Shown here in pieces: positions 48,471 through 58,785 of a stretch of DNA of 64,000 nt; positions within the stretch are counted from its first letter, which is position 1, and each line of letters starts with the position of its first letter. The notes under the pieces are model-generated. The model was not told where the DNA came from. It was given only the letters and a program-made list of their open reading frames with translations, and did no database searches. The DNA comes from Pseudomonadota bacterium (GTDB lineage: Bacteria > Bdellovibrionota > Bdellovibrionia > Bdellovibrionales > SG-bin7): assembly GCA_034439715.1 (NCBI GenBank), contig JAWXAY010000010.1:1-64000 (forward strand), read 5' to 3'. The position numbers were made by a program, and so were the translations under genes.

Positions 48471-49686
48471 AAAAGAAATTAACGAGATACGGGAAATGTT
48501 TCCGGCACTGAAGCAAAAAGTGCGTGGTCAGAATTTGGTTTATCTCGACTCCGCCGCAACGGCACTCAAGCCACTAAGTGTGTCTCAGGCCATTTTTGAC
48601 TTTGATTCGGTTGAAGCTTCTAACGTGCATCGCGGGGCCCATTACTTGAGTGGAAAAGCTACCGAGCGTTTTGAGGGAACCCGAGACTTGGTTAAACAGT
48701 TTTTAAACGCAGGGTCCGCGGATGAAATTATATTTACCTCTGGTACCACGGAGGGCATCAATCTTGTGGCGAATTCTTTTGTTTCTACCTTTTGCCAGTC
48801 CGAGGATGAAATCGTAGTGACGGAGATGGAGCACCACTCGAATTTTGTGCCCTGGCAAAAAATAGCTAAAGAAAAAAATCTTAAGTTTAAGGTTATTCCG
48901 GTCAAGATGTCGGGAGAACTGGACCTCGAAATGGCTAAAAAAATCATTACCGATAAAACAAAAATAGTCGCGCTTTCCTATGTTTCAAATGTTTTGGGAA
49001 ATATAAACCCCATAAAAAAAATAATTGCACTCGCTAAAGCTAGTGGAGCAAAAACTTTAATCGATGCCGCCCAAGCGGTGCCCGCTTTTGCTATAGATGT
49101 TCAAGATCTTGACTGTGATTTTTTAGTTTTCTCGGCGCACAAACTTTATGGCCCATTTGGTGTCGGGGTTTTATACGGGAGAAAAAAAATTTTACAGGAA
49201 ATGTCTCCTTGGAAGTCGGGTGGCGGCATGATAGATAGTGTCACCTCTCAAGGAAGTACCTATGCAGATGTTCCTAATCGATTTGAGGCGGGTACGCCAA
49301 ATATTTCAGGTGTGATAGGGCTCGGTGTCGCTCTAAATTTTGTAAGAATCCTTGGCTATGCTAATATTTCGGAATATGAAGGTCAGTTGCACTCATATCT
49401 TCTTGATAGAATTAGTGACCTTAAAAGTATTAATGTTTACGGAGAGACCGAAAATAAAGTTGGCATCATTGGCTTTAATATGATTTCTGCACATGCTTCT
49501 GACGTCGGATCTATTCTCGATCAACTGGGCATAGCAGTTCGCTCGGGACATCATTGTGCACAACCGCTCATGACTCGATTTGCAGTACCGGCAATGGTTC
49601 GATGTTCGCTCGGCGTTTACAATACGACAGACGAGATAGATCGCTTCGTCCAGGGACTCAACAAGGCACAGGAGATGCTATTATGA
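48460..49686 (+). CDS. sufS: Cysteine desulfurase SufS
   Basis: PLP-dependent aminotransferase class V pattern; SGHHCAQP near C-terminus. Confidence 0.9.
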   Translation: MWSEKEINEIREMFPALKQKVRGQNLVYLDSAATALKPLSVSQAIFDFDSVEASNVHRGAHYLSGKATERFEGTRDLVKQFLNAGSADEIIFTSGTTEGINLVANSFVSTFCQSEDEIVVTEMEHHSNFVPWQKIAKEKNLKFKVIPVKMSGELDLEMAKKIITDKTKIVALSYVSNVLGNINPIKKIIALAKASGAKTLIDAAQAVPAFAIDVQDLDCDFLVFSAHKLYGPFGVGVLYGRKKILQEMSPWKSGGGMIDSVTSQGSTYADVPNRFEAGTPNISGVIGLGVALNFVRILGYANISEYEGQLHSYLLDRISDLKSINVYGETENKVGIIGFNMISAHASDVGSILDQLGIAVRSGHHCAQPLMTRFAVPAMVRCSLGVYNTTDEIDRFVQGLNKAQEMLL

Positions 49687-50246
49687 ATCCTCAAGAATTT
49701 TTAATTAGAGTTCAGCCTACGCCTAACCCCCAGGCCTTAAAATTTATTATGAATGAAGTGGTGAAGACAGAGGGTAAGGCTACATTTACTTCAGCGGTTG
49801 AGGCGAATGGAATCCAAATGGCGCGTGACATCTTTGAATTGAACACAGTAAATCAGTTACATTTCTTCGATAACTTTATAACGGTTACGTTTAATGACGG
49901 CATTTATCCCTCTGAACAAGAGGAACTCGTCATAGCGATTGTTCGCAGAGATATTTTAGTTCACGATGCTAATTTTAAGGTAGAGGCTGACCTAAAGCCC
50001 AGCCGAATTCACCTTTCCCCCGAAATACAGAAAGTCGAATCCATTCTGGACAGAACTATTCGGCCTGGCCTTCAAGGTGATGGTGGTGACATAGAAGTTA
50101 TTTCTTATAAAGACCATCATCTAGAAGTAAGGTATGAGGGGGCTTGTGGAACGTGTCCAAGTTCGACGACCGGGACTTTAATGGCCATTGAATCGATTTT
50201 GCGTGATGAGTTTGATCCGCAAATTTCGGTCACGACTGTTCTCTAA
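49683..50246 (+). CDS. NifU/Nfu-type Fe-S scaffold/carrier
   Basis: Nfu N-domain plus C-terminal CGTCPSS; ATG overlapping sufS stop (ATGA). Confidence 0.7.
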   Translation: MNPQEFLIRVQPTPNPQALKFIMNEVVKTEGKATFTSAVEANGIQMARDIFELNTVNQLHFFDNFITVTFNDGIYPSEQEELVIAIVRRDILVHDANFKVEADLKPSRIHLSPEIQKVESILDRTIRPGLQGDGGDIEVISYKDHHLEVRYEGACGTCPSSTTGTLMAIESILRDEFDPQISVTTVL

Positions 50247-50360
50247 TTGGCATTTTTAGAATGGTCTCTGGTCTAGGATTTATTAAGACAAATTCTATCT
50301 ACGAATTCTATCGACGAATTCGATCGTGAGCGTTAAGCTTATAGATGAGCTTAGGAATAT

Positions 50361-52139
50361 ATGAAAGATTCAACTGCATTAAAATGGACCGTTGAAAAGC
50401 GGCCGATATATGAATTTCTAAGAAAGAGTCCCTATTTTGTGGGCGTTTCTGACGAGATGATCACCAAGCTGGCTAACGTCTGTGATCTCCAACATTTTTT
50501 TCCTAATTCAAAAATAATGACCGAAGGCGAAATAAATAACAAAGTTTATTTTGTGCTAGTTGGTCGAGTAAAAGTGGCCGTCAGTGGAGAAACTATCGCC
50601 AACATGGGGCGCGAAGGCGATATCTTCGGTGAGATGAGTGTTATCAGCCATGAGCCAGTATCTGCGACGATTATTGCTGAAACTCCCGTAGAACTTTTTT
50701 CTCTTGATTTTAAGACGCTCAAAGAAAAACTAGGGGCGGATTCAGTTTTCATAGAAAATGGACTATTTCGAATTTTTTCACAACTATTAACCCGTAAGTT
50801 GGCACTCACCAATGAAAAGGCGGAGAGTTTCGAAAAAGTAAATCGTGATTTAACGAGTACGCACACAAAACTTCAAAAAGTGACTGATATTCTTGAAAGC
50901 TCGCTGGATGAAAGAAGTAAAATATTAAATGAACAGTCTGAGGAACTTGTAAAGCGAAATGCCGAACTAGAGCGTAGCCAAAGAAAGAGTGAAGAGCTTA
51001 TGCAGTCAAAGGATCTTTCGTTTGCCAAGCTCAAATCTTTCTACGAACAGCACCTTCCGACTCTGCAGTCGCAGCTTGGAAAGCTTGAAAAAATAGGCGA
51101 TGAACAACTTAAATCATCAATTGAACGGGTCGTTGTAGAAATTGAAGATCTTATGGAGATGATGGCTCCTGTATCAGAGTGGGGCGAGGTCAGTGATGCA
51201 CTAAAATTAAAACAGGTTTTGTTTGTGCACCCAGATCGCAAACAGCAAGTCTATGCGCGCTTGGCCTGGGCAGCAGCAGTTGGGGGCTTAGAATATGCCA
51301 CTGACGAAGCGTCACTCCGCGAAAAATTAGCAGCCCAAATGTATGACATTATTTGTGTTGATCTCAGCTTTATTAGTCAAATTGAAGGAATTCATCAGCT
51401 CTATCCGCGCGCCGAAATTGTGTTACTAATTTCAAGTGAAATTAAAGATAACCTAGGAAAAATTTTAGACCTGCCCTACGTTACTAAACTTTTATCAATA
51501 ACATTTGAAGATAGAAACCTTACGATCAAGAATTTTCATACAACTCTGAGCAAAATCGCCAACAAAGATTATTTTGGTATTAAAAAATACCTACATTCTC
51601 AAGTGGAAATTAAACGTCAAAAGGTAAATGCCAGTGATGAGCGTTCGAGACTCATTGAAAATATGTCTAGTTACTTTAGAGATTTAGGTGTTAGAGCCTC
51701 GATCGTTGATCGTGCACGCACGGCTGCTGAAGAACTCCTGATGAACATTATATACGATGCGCCGGTTGATTCTGGCGGTAAGCCTCTTTATAATCAGCTT
51801 CCGAGAACGACTGCTGTACAACTTCGGGCTCACGAGTGTGGTGAATTTCTTTATGCCTGCGATGGAGTAATGCTCGCCGTATCATCTCTTGACCCATTTG
51901 GGAGCTTGAGTCGTGACACGGTTTTAAAGTATCTTGAAAGCTGTTATTCGAATAAGGCGGGAACGCTCAACGTTGCAAAAGGTGGGGCCGGTCGCGGCTT
52001 ATTTATGTTAGTGCAAAATGCAGATATAGTGATTTTTAATGTTAAAAAGGGCATCCAGACAGAAGTCATCTGTTTGTTCAGTGTGGATATGGCGTCTGCC
52101 AACAAAACGAATTCTCCCTCTATTCACCTCTTTTTCTAA
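50361..52139 (+). CDS. cNMP-binding domain protein with coiled coil and C-terminal HATPase_c-like (anti-sigma kinase-like) domain
   Basis: cNMP motif GDIFGEMSVI; C-terminal AEELLMNIIYDA ... GAGRGLFM. Confidence 0.5.
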   Translation: MKDSTALKWTVEKRPIYEFLRKSPYFVGVSDEMITKLANVCDLQHFFPNSKIMTEGEINNKVYFVLVGRVKVAVSGETIANMGREGDIFGEMSVISHEPVSATIIAETPVELFSLDFKTLKEKLGADSVFIENGLFRIFSQLLTRKLALTNEKAESFEKVNRDLTSTHTKLQKVTDILESSLDERSKILNEQSEELVKRNAELERSQRKSEELMQSKDLSFAKLKSFYEQHLPTLQSQLGKLEKIGDEQLKSSIERVVVEIEDLMEMMAPVSEWGEVSDALKLKQVLFVHPDRKQQVYARLAWAAAVGGLEYATDEASLREKLAAQMYDIICVDLSFISQIEGIHQLYPRAEIVLLISSEIKDNLGKILDLPYVTKLLSITFEDRNLTIKNFHTTLSKIANKDYFGIKKYLHSQVEIKRQKVNASDERSRLIENMSSYFRDLGVRASIVDRARTAAEELLMNIIYDAPVDSGGKPLYNQLPRTTAVQLRAHECGEFLYACDGVMLAVSSLDPFGSLSRDTVLKYLESCYSNKAGTLNVAKGGAGRGLFMLVQNADIVIFNVKKGIQTEVICLFSVDMASANKTNSPSIHLFF

Positions 52140-52185
52140 TTTTGAGACATTTAAATAAAATCAATGATTTGCCGAAAAGTCGAGT

Positions 52186-54078
52186 GTGATGATTAAGAAG
52201 ACCGAGTCTGCTCGTTATTCGGAAGACGAGAAAGAAATTATTTTTTCCTATGCTGAAAGATTGACGGGCTCGTGCCAACGGGGCCGGTACAGAAAAGAAA
52301 TTCTTCTTAATAACGTTGAAAAAAGAATGCACGCCCGCGGTCTTACAAATCTAAGTCACTACTTGAAGTTTGCGACGACCGATGCCGAAGAAAAAAAATA
52401 TTTGCTTTCAGCGTTGACCATTCATACAACGGCTTGGTTTAGAGAGCCAAGCCACTATAGTAAAATTGAAAAGCTTGTTATCGAAAATATGTCAGAATTT
52501 GAGGAGAGGCCCTTAACAATGATGTGTGCAGCCTGCTCAACCGGTGAGGAAGTCTATTCGTTTGGGCTTGTATTTGAATCTATTCGCGCTTCATTTCCAA
52601 AGTTCAATTACAAAATCGTGGGCTTTGACATTGATCCCATCAGTGTCGAAAAGGGCCAAAAAGCAGTCTATCCCGCAGAGGACATTCTAAAATCGATATC
52701 TGAAAAATTCACTAAGTTTCTGTTGGTGGGCAGCGGTAAGACCGAAGGCCGCTTTACTCTTGACAAAGAAATTCGTAGCCGCTGTGAGTTCACGGCCTTT
52801 AGCTTGAAAGACGAGTGGCCCAGCACCGACCTGTTTGATATAGTTACCTGTCGAAATGCACTTATATATTTCGAGCCCAACGTTATGGCAACGATCGTAA
52901 ATAATTTAACTAAGCTCATGAAGCCCAACGGTCTTTTTGTTGTTGGCACCAGTGATTTTATTGATGCGCCAAAAAATAAACTTCATGACTTGGGCAAATC
53001 CATTTATGTCTTTGAGGGCGAGGCGCCACTTTCAAAATTTGCGAACGGCCCCAAAATACTAGTTGTGGATGACTCATCAACTATTAGGAGTATGTTAACA
53101 AAACTTTTGATTAAGTCGGGTTTTCGAGTTGATGCTGTGGAGTCAGCTGCAGAGGCTTCTGAGTTTTTACGTAAGAATAATGTGAACCTAATAACTCTGG
53201 ATCTCCATATGCCCGGCATGGATGGTCAGACATGGTTAAGTCAGCAAAGGGCCAGTGGACTAAAAACGCCCGTGGTAATCATTAGCGGCGCCAATCCAAC
53301 TGAAGCAAAAAGCGTGTTACATGCACTAGGCAGTGGAGCGCAAGATTACTTCGAAAAAGAAAAACTCATGGAGGCGCCTAAAACAATTGTGCAGTCGCTT
53401 TTTGCGATAATTGAAAGTTATGATAAGAGAAAAAATAGAAAGGTAAACATCGAAGCTAGCAAAGACGAGAGCGTAGCCTTAAAACTTACTAAAAAACCAC
53501 CTCGTAGGCGCCCGGACTTAATTTTACTGGGGGCAAGCACGGGAGGGACCGAGGCACTTAAAATAATATTAGATAAAATGCCAATCAATTCGCCACCCAT
53601 TATCGTGGTACAACATATTAGTAGTGGATTCGCAAAAGCCTTTCACGAAAAACTGGCGTCAAGCTCGGGGTTAGTAATGGCCGAAGCTGCGCCCGGTGTT
53701 CAACTAAAACCCGGGCATCTTTACATGGCTCACGGTGATTATCATATCGAACTTACTAAAAAGTATGACGAACTTTTCGTTAAAAATTCGTATTTGGCTC
53801 CCATAAATGGCATCAGGCCAAGCATTGATCATTTATTTAGATCGGCCGCAGTAACAGACTCTCATTTAATGGCTGGAATTCTTACCGGCATGGGGCGAGA
53901 TGGCGCACAAGGGTTGTTAGAGATAAAGAAAAAGGGTGGGATTACATTAGCCCAGGACGAAGACTCATGTGTAGTTTTTGGCATGCCCAAAGTAGCGATT
54001 GGCATTAACGCCGCAAGTATAGTGGCAAATCTCGTAGAAATTCGCGCTGAAATAAAGGCGGCAATTGCCGGCGAGTAA
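52186..54078 (+). CDS. CheR methyltransferase - REC - CheB methylesterase fusion protein
   Basis: N-terminal CheR (IHTTAWFRE, TGEEVYS, TCRNALIYF), REC (VVDDSSTIR ... LDLHMPGMDG), CheB (GASTGG, IVVQHISSGFA, GMGRDG). Confidence 0.8.
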   Translation: MMIKKTESARYSEDEKEIIFSYAERLTGSCQRGRYRKEILLNNVEKRMHARGLTNLSHYLKFATTDAEEKKYLLSALTIHTTAWFREPSHYSKIEKLVIENMSEFEERPLTMMCAACSTGEEVYSFGLVFESIRASFPKFNYKIVGFDIDPISVEKGQKAVYPAEDILKSISEKFTKFLLVGSGKTEGRFTLDKEIRSRCEFTAFSLKDEWPSTDLFDIVTCRNALIYFEPNVMATIVNNLTKLMKPNGLFVVGTSDFIDAPKNKLHDLGKSIYVFEGEAPLSKFANGPKILVVDDSSTIRSMLTKLLIKSGFRVDAVESAAEASEFLRKNNVNLITLDLHMPGMDGQTWLSQQRASGLKTPVVIISGANPTEAKSVLHALGSGAQDYFEKEKLMEAPKTIVQSLFAIIESYDKRKNRKVNIEASKDESVALKLTKKPPRRRPDLILLGASTGGTEALKIILDKMPINSPPIIVVQHISSGFAKAFHEKLASSSGLVMAEAAPGVQLKPGHLYMAHGDYHIELTKKYDELFVKNSYLAPINGIRPSIDHLFRSAAVTDSHLMAGILTGMGRDGAQGLLEIKKKGGITLAQDEDSCVVFGMPKVAIGINAASIVANLVEIRAEIKAAIAGE

Positions 54079-54285
54079 ACCATGCTTTTTGGCACCATGA
54101 ATAAATGACTCGGTAAGGATTTCAAATCAGCGCTCCGTACTATTTAAGCGACTTAATAATCATAAGTATTTTCAATACATCAGAAACTAGAGTCGATTGT
54201 TTCATATACTTATTTGCTGGCATGGACTTTGAAGTGGGAACTGATGACGATTTATTTCAATATGTTTTCTTGAAGGAGATTTCCC

Positions 54286-55536
54286 ATGAAAGTTGGTCTG
54301 GAAGCAATAGCTTTTGATATTCCAAAATTTTATGTCGACATGACAGAGTTAGCGCATTACCGAAGCATTGATCCCGCTAAGTTCACTAAAGGTCTTGGCC
54401 AACTAGAAATGTCTGTGGCCTCGCCCTGTGAGGACACAGTAACTTTGGCGGCGGGTGCAGCCATTAAACTGATGCACGGCTTTAATATTGATAAAGAATC
54501 AATCGGACTTTGTGTCGTGGGCACTGAGACTCCTATAGATCAAAGTAAGCCCATAGCTTCTCACATCCACGAGATTTTAGGACTCCCTAAAAATTGTCGC
54601 GTTTTTGAAACAAAACACGCTTGTTACGGGGCGACGGCAGCCCTTGCCATGGCTACAGATTGGATTCTATCGGGACGGGCGCAGGGCAAAAAAGCAATAA
54701 TAATAGCAAGTGATATTGCTCGCTACGGGTTGAAAACTGCAGGCGAACCCACGCAAGGTGCTGGTGCCGTGGCGATGCTGATTTCAGACAACCCAAAATT
54801 GCTAGAGTTAGAAACCAATTATGTTGGTAACTACTCAGAACAGGTTATGGATTTTTGGCGACCAACATACTCTAAAGAAGCTTTTGCTGATGGTCATTTT
54901 TCAATTCAATGTTACTTAACGGCCTTAGCAGGTTCCTACGACGCCTACAGAGAAAGTTTTACGAAACAGCATGCCGATGCTCCTGAAATGCTAGCCAGTC
55001 GTTTTGCCGCTTGTTTGTATCACGTGCCGTTTGTCAAAATGGCGAATAAAGCTCACCACAAATTAATCGAACACGAAACGAAAACTAAAATAGAAAAAGA
55101 TGACCCACGCATGAATGACGTCATCAAGGACTTTAATGAGCGGGTGGCTGGTAATTTAAATCTCAACGCCAGGATTGGAAATGTATATACTGGCTCTCTG
55201 TATCTTTCGCTTTTTAACTTCCTGGAACAGAATAGCGCCAAAAACGTGGGCCGCGCGATTAGTCTATTTAGTTATGGCAGCGGCTGCACCTCAGAATTTT
55301 TTAGCGGAATTGTACAGCCCGGCGCAGAATTAGCTTTACAAAAAGTTTCGTCGCAGTCGGCATTGAATTCCCGCATTCGCATTCCCGTTGATCATTATGA
55401 AAAAATGTTGAATGCATCGGCCGAATCCGACCAAAATAATGTCGAGGTTTCTGATCCTAAAACTTGGCATATTACAGGTCCGGTACTTTATTTAGGAAAT
55501 AAAGACCACAAACGACAGTATGCCGTTAATCAGTGA
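54286..55536 (+). CDS. mvaS: Hydroxymethylglutaryl-CoA synthase
   Basis: N-terminal EAIAFDIPKFYVDM, catalytic Cys region (ETKHACYGATAAL), 416 aa. Confidence 0.8.
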   Translation: MKVGLEAIAFDIPKFYVDMTELAHYRSIDPAKFTKGLGQLEMSVASPCEDTVTLAAGAAIKLMHGFNIDKESIGLCVVGTETPIDQSKPIASHIHEILGLPKNCRVFETKHACYGATAALAMATDWILSGRAQGKKAIIIASDIARYGLKTAGEPTQGAGAVAMLISDNPKLLELETNYVGNYSEQVMDFWRPTYSKEAFADGHFSIQCYLTALAGSYDAYRESFTKQHADAPEMLASRFAACLYHVPFVKMANKAHHKLIEHETKTKIEKDDPRMNDVIKDFNERVAGNLNLNARIGNVYTGSLYLSLFNFLEQNSAKNVGRAISLFSYGSGCTSEFFSGIVQPGAELALQKVSSQSALNSRIRIPVDHYEKMLNASAESDQNNVEVSDPKTWHITGPVLYLGNKDHKRQYAVNQ

Positions 55537-56344
55537 ACCGACCTAATACCGGCGATAAGAGCAATAATATTACCGGTATTGAGGCAAATAAAACCACAAT
55601 AAACGCACCTGCGGGCAGATCCCAGATGTGACTTAGGGTCATACCAATAAAGCTTAAAGCAAATCCTAGAGCCCATCCAAAAAAAAGGCGAGCACGAATA
55701 CTATTAAAAAACAAGGTTCCCACGACAGCGGGTACAATTAAATAAGCGAATACCTGCAGTACTCCGGCGACGCTCACAGAGGACGTAATGACTACGCCGA
55801 ATAATACATAAAATAGAAAGTCCCAATACCCCGTCTTTTCTGTTTTTTTGCCAAATGAGGCCGCAATGAGTTGTCTTCTAAAAACAAAATGAATACCAGC
55901 AACGATGCTATAAATGATTCCAGTTTTTATGACGTCAAACCAAGTTACCCACAATACCTGACCTACTAGTAGATCTTTAATGTGCTCTGCTCCATGCGCA
56001 ATGCGGTCAACGACAAGAACTACAGCAGCAGAAGCTAACGCATAGACGATGCCGATGATTGCTTCTTGTGAAAATAATTTTTCGTGACGTCTTGCCAATG
56101 CAAAAAGGCCGGCGACGGCGAATGTGCTAAATAGAGAAATAAAATAGGTCCCAGCCGAATTGTGTTCAAAGCCAAATAATATCGCGATCGTGGCTCCAAA
56201 AGCAGCTACTTGCGCTAGACTGAGATCCACAAAAATCACCCCACGTGCCAGCACATGTAATCCCAAATAACAATGAATTCCGGCCAAGATTAGACACATC
56301 ACAAACGGTGCAGCTAGAAATGTTAGGGCGTTCACCAGCTCCAT
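55526..56344 (-). CDS. Metal (Zn/Mn) ABC transporter permease, ZnuB/MntB family
   Basis: ABC-3 permease pattern, 272 aa. Confidence 0.75.
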   Translation of the reverse strand: MELVNALTFLAAPFVMCLILAGIHCYLGLHVLARGVIFVDLSLAQVAAFGATIAILFGFEHNSAGTYFISLFSTFAVAGLFALARRHEKLFSQEAIIGIVYALASAAVVLVVDRIAHGAEHIKDLLVGQVLWVTWFDVIKTGIIYSIVAGIHFVFRRQLIAASFGKKTEKTGYWDFLFYVLFGVVITSSVSVAGVLQVFAYLIVPAVVGTLFFNSIRARLFFGWALGFALSFIGMTLSHIWDLPAGAFIVVLFASIPVILLLLSPVLGRFTD

Positions 56345-56367
56345 TATTTATTCCTCTATTCATTTCT

Positions 56368-57291
56368 CTAGTTATTATTTTGATCCACAATGCCTTTTAC
56401 TAAGTTTTCGTACAAGTCGTCTATTGTAGCAATTCCCTCGGCGCCATCCACAGCGACAGGAACGGTTGCCGATCGAATCGAGGGAATTGTTTGTTTAATT
56501 TTTTCTGTCACCGTTGGGGCAAAATAATTTTCTACGAGTATCAATGAAATTTGGTCTTTCTTGATGGTATCTATTACTTTAAGAATATGTGCGCTGGTTG
56601 GAGGAATTCCCGGCTTTGGTTCTAGGATTACGGGATTTTCAATTTGAAATCGGTCTAAAAAATAAGTGAGCGTTCTGTGATAGGTGACAGCTTTTTTTAT
56701 ACCAGCCGCTTGAATTCTCTGTTGCCACTCTTTGGTTTTCTTTTGCATTCTCAATTGCAGAGCGAGCGCATTTTTTTGATACTCAGCAGTATTCGCGCTG
56801 TCAAGCTCACCTAGTCGCTCAGCAATTTTCAAGGCGATTTCACCAGTTCTGATAGGATCTAAAGTGACATGTGGATTACCAAATGGGTGTACATCACCAT
56901 CGGCTCTGCTGATTCGACCGATGGGTATTTCTAACGGTTTTACAAAGGTTCCCACCTCGAGGTAGCCTTTTTGGCCCTGATTTATTTTTGGGTTCCTCGC
57001 TCCGCGGATAAGGCTGGGTAGCCAACCCACTTCTAAATCCAGTCCAATTGCAATCAGCAGATCAGCTTTGCTTACTTTAGTCATATAAGAAGGCTTGGCT
57101 TCTATAAAGTGAGGGTCCTGCGTGCCCTTAGCAATTGAGTTTACGTTAATGAATTTTTGTCCAACTTCATTTGTGATTGCGCGTAAGTCAGTAGTGGTTG
57201 TGACTACGTTAAGTTCAGCCAGAGCGCTAACTGCTGATAAATTGAAAGTACTCAATATAACGGGAATTAAAATAGAGTTTAATAAACGCAT
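56368..57291 (-). CDS. Metal ABC transporter substrate-binding protein, ZnuA/TroA family
   Basis: Signal peptide at internal Met (MRLLNSILIP...); TroA-like pattern with His-rich segment. Confidence 0.7.
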   Translation of the reverse strand: MRLLNSILIPVILSTFNLSAVSALAELNVVTTTTDLRAITNEVGQKFINVNSIAKGTQDPHFIEAKPSYMTKVSKADLLIAIGLDLEVGWLPSLIRGARNPKINQGQKGYLEVGTFVKPLEIPIGRISRADGDVHPFGNPHVTLDPIRTGEIALKIAERLGELDSANTAEYQKNALALQLRMQKKTKEWQQRIQAAGIKKAVTYHRTLTYFLDRFQIENPVILEPKPGIPPTSAHILKVIDTIKKDQISLILVENYFAPTVTEKIKQTIPSIRSATVPVAVDGAEGIATIDDLYENLVKGIVDQNNN

Positions 57292-57304
57292 TTTGAACTC
57301 CCCA

Positions 57305-58375
57305 TTAATAGGTATGCGCTGGGTGCACACCGATACTAATGTTATACTGAAGAGCCACCACATGATCCACATTGTTTTTGCCTTGTGTGTTGATGCGATT
57401 ATACTGCATCCTGAATCCCGAAAATTCAGAGGGTAAGAATCCCAAGAGAATACTTTGCTTATTCTGAAATGGGATAACATCCGGATGAGGTAATCCCACA
57501 TACTCATATCGTAGTTGCAGCCACCAACGCTCTGCAAATTGGTATTGTATCCAAGTAGCGACCCCGCCCAATTTTTCTGTAGTCTCTGCGGTAGTGGGTT
57601 CTGTAAATCCCCTTCGATTTGCCTGTAAATATTCGGTCGACCATATTAGGGCGTGATACTTACCACCTTTTTCAGGTCTCCATTTAGAAGTCAGATCGAT
57701 GCCAAAGATAGAACTGTTTCTGTCGAGCTGGTTACGTCCTTCTGCCGCCGATAGACCAAGCTCAAGGGTTAAGTCTGAACTCAAATCCCAAAGATTTTTA
57801 ATGTGTACCAACCCACCCGAATGGCGAGATTTAGGACTATTAAAGATGGTTTCATTGCTGAGACTAAACGCCTGCAACACTATCTCCGAATACCATTTAG
57901 CAGGTATCAAAATAGCTGCTGAAACACCTGATTCATTGATGCCCTCGTCACCCAATAACGTCTGGTGAATTAATGGGGCGTCGACAAAAGGAAAAGCATG
58001 TGCGTGCAACTCATTGTGCCTTCCCAGTGCCAATTTAAATTTGCCGGCCTTTAAGATCATATGTGGTAGTGAAATCGTCTCAATAAAAACGTCTTCGGGT
58101 TCGATGACAAACCCGGGATCACCGGCTTCTTGGCCGACCGCCAATAGTACTTTAGCTTTCGTATAAGGATCGACGTCAGCCGTAAATTGTATTTCAGCTT
58201 CTTGCAGAGAAAATCCATTGTGGGGAACATCTAAGCGATCATTTGAAATGTCAGTGCCTGACAAAAATAATCCTAAAAAATTTGCGCTGATGTCAGGATT
58301 AAAGGCTTTTGTGTTTTGTGCAAGTGCGCCGAGTGGAAATGCGCAAAAAATTAAAATAGGTAACAGTTTAGTCAT
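57305..58375 (-). CDS. Outer-membrane beta-barrel protein (hypothetical)
   Basis: Signal peptide MTKLLPILIFCAFPLGALA; Gly/aromatic alternating pattern. Confidence 0.45.
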   Translation of the reverse strand: MTKLLPILIFCAFPLGALAQNTKAFNPDISANFLGLFLSGTDISNDRLDVPHNGFSLQEAEIQFTADVDPYTKAKVLLAVGQEAGDPGFVIEPEDVFIETISLPHMILKAGKFKLALGRHNELHAHAFPFVDAPLIHQTLLGDEGINESGVSAAILIPAKWYSEIVLQAFSLSNETIFNSPKSRHSGGLVHIKNLWDLSSDLTLELGLSAAEGRNQLDRNSSIFGIDLTSKWRPEKGGKYHALIWSTEYLQANRRGFTEPTTAETTEKLGGVATWIQYQFAERWWLQLRYEYVGLPHPDVIPFQNKQSILLGFLPSEFSGFRMQYNRINTQGKNNVDHVVALQYNISIGVHPAHTY

Positions 58376-58425
58376 AGGGGCTCCAAATAAATTTTGGTAA
58401 TTAAAAAAATAGGAACTAAAAAACA

Positions 58426-58698
58426 TTAGGAGACGTGTGGAGGTGCCCGGGCAGGTGAGTTAAGGACTATTAAGGGCGACAATATTATACGCTCCAACTT
58501 AGGAAGCAAATAGGTCTCAATTTGAATAGCTATTAAGAAAATAATTGGATCACAAGTGATTGTTATTGTGTTTGATTGAACTTCGCAAATTGGACAGTGA
58601 TGCTTTTCATTGTTAGACCCTTGAGGTTCATGGCTAAAGTCGTGGAACTGTAAGGCCAGAAGTGCAACAATTATGATTAAAGGCAACAATTTACGCAT
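58426..58698 (-). CDS. Small secreted His/Cys-rich protein
   Basis: Signal peptide; FHDFSHEPQGSNNEKHHCPICE segment. Confidence 0.35.
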   Translation of the reverse strand: MRKLLPLIIIVALLALQFHDFSHEPQGSNNEKHHCPICEVQSNTITITCDPIIFLIAIQIETYLLPKLERIILSPLIVLNSPARAPPHVS

Positions 58699-58712
58699 CA
58701 GAGGAGAGTATA

Positions 58713-58738
58713 GTGACTTTCAAAAAAAAGTCACTAGA
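58713..58738. promoter_or_regulatory. Perfect palindrome TAGTGACTTT-caaaaa-AAAGTCACTA upstream of small His-rich gene / zinc-uptake cluster
   Basis: Read directly from the sequence. Confidence 0.4.
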
Positions 58739-58785
58739 AGAAAATACTCTTCGTTTAATAGGCGTGCTTATGAGCAATGCTGTTC

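Noticed and set aside
50290-50335. Short tandem CGAATTC/ATCGACGAATTCGATCG repeats after the nfu gene
   Set aside because: Only two short units with an imperfect dyad. No T-tract for a terminator and too short to call a repeat element.
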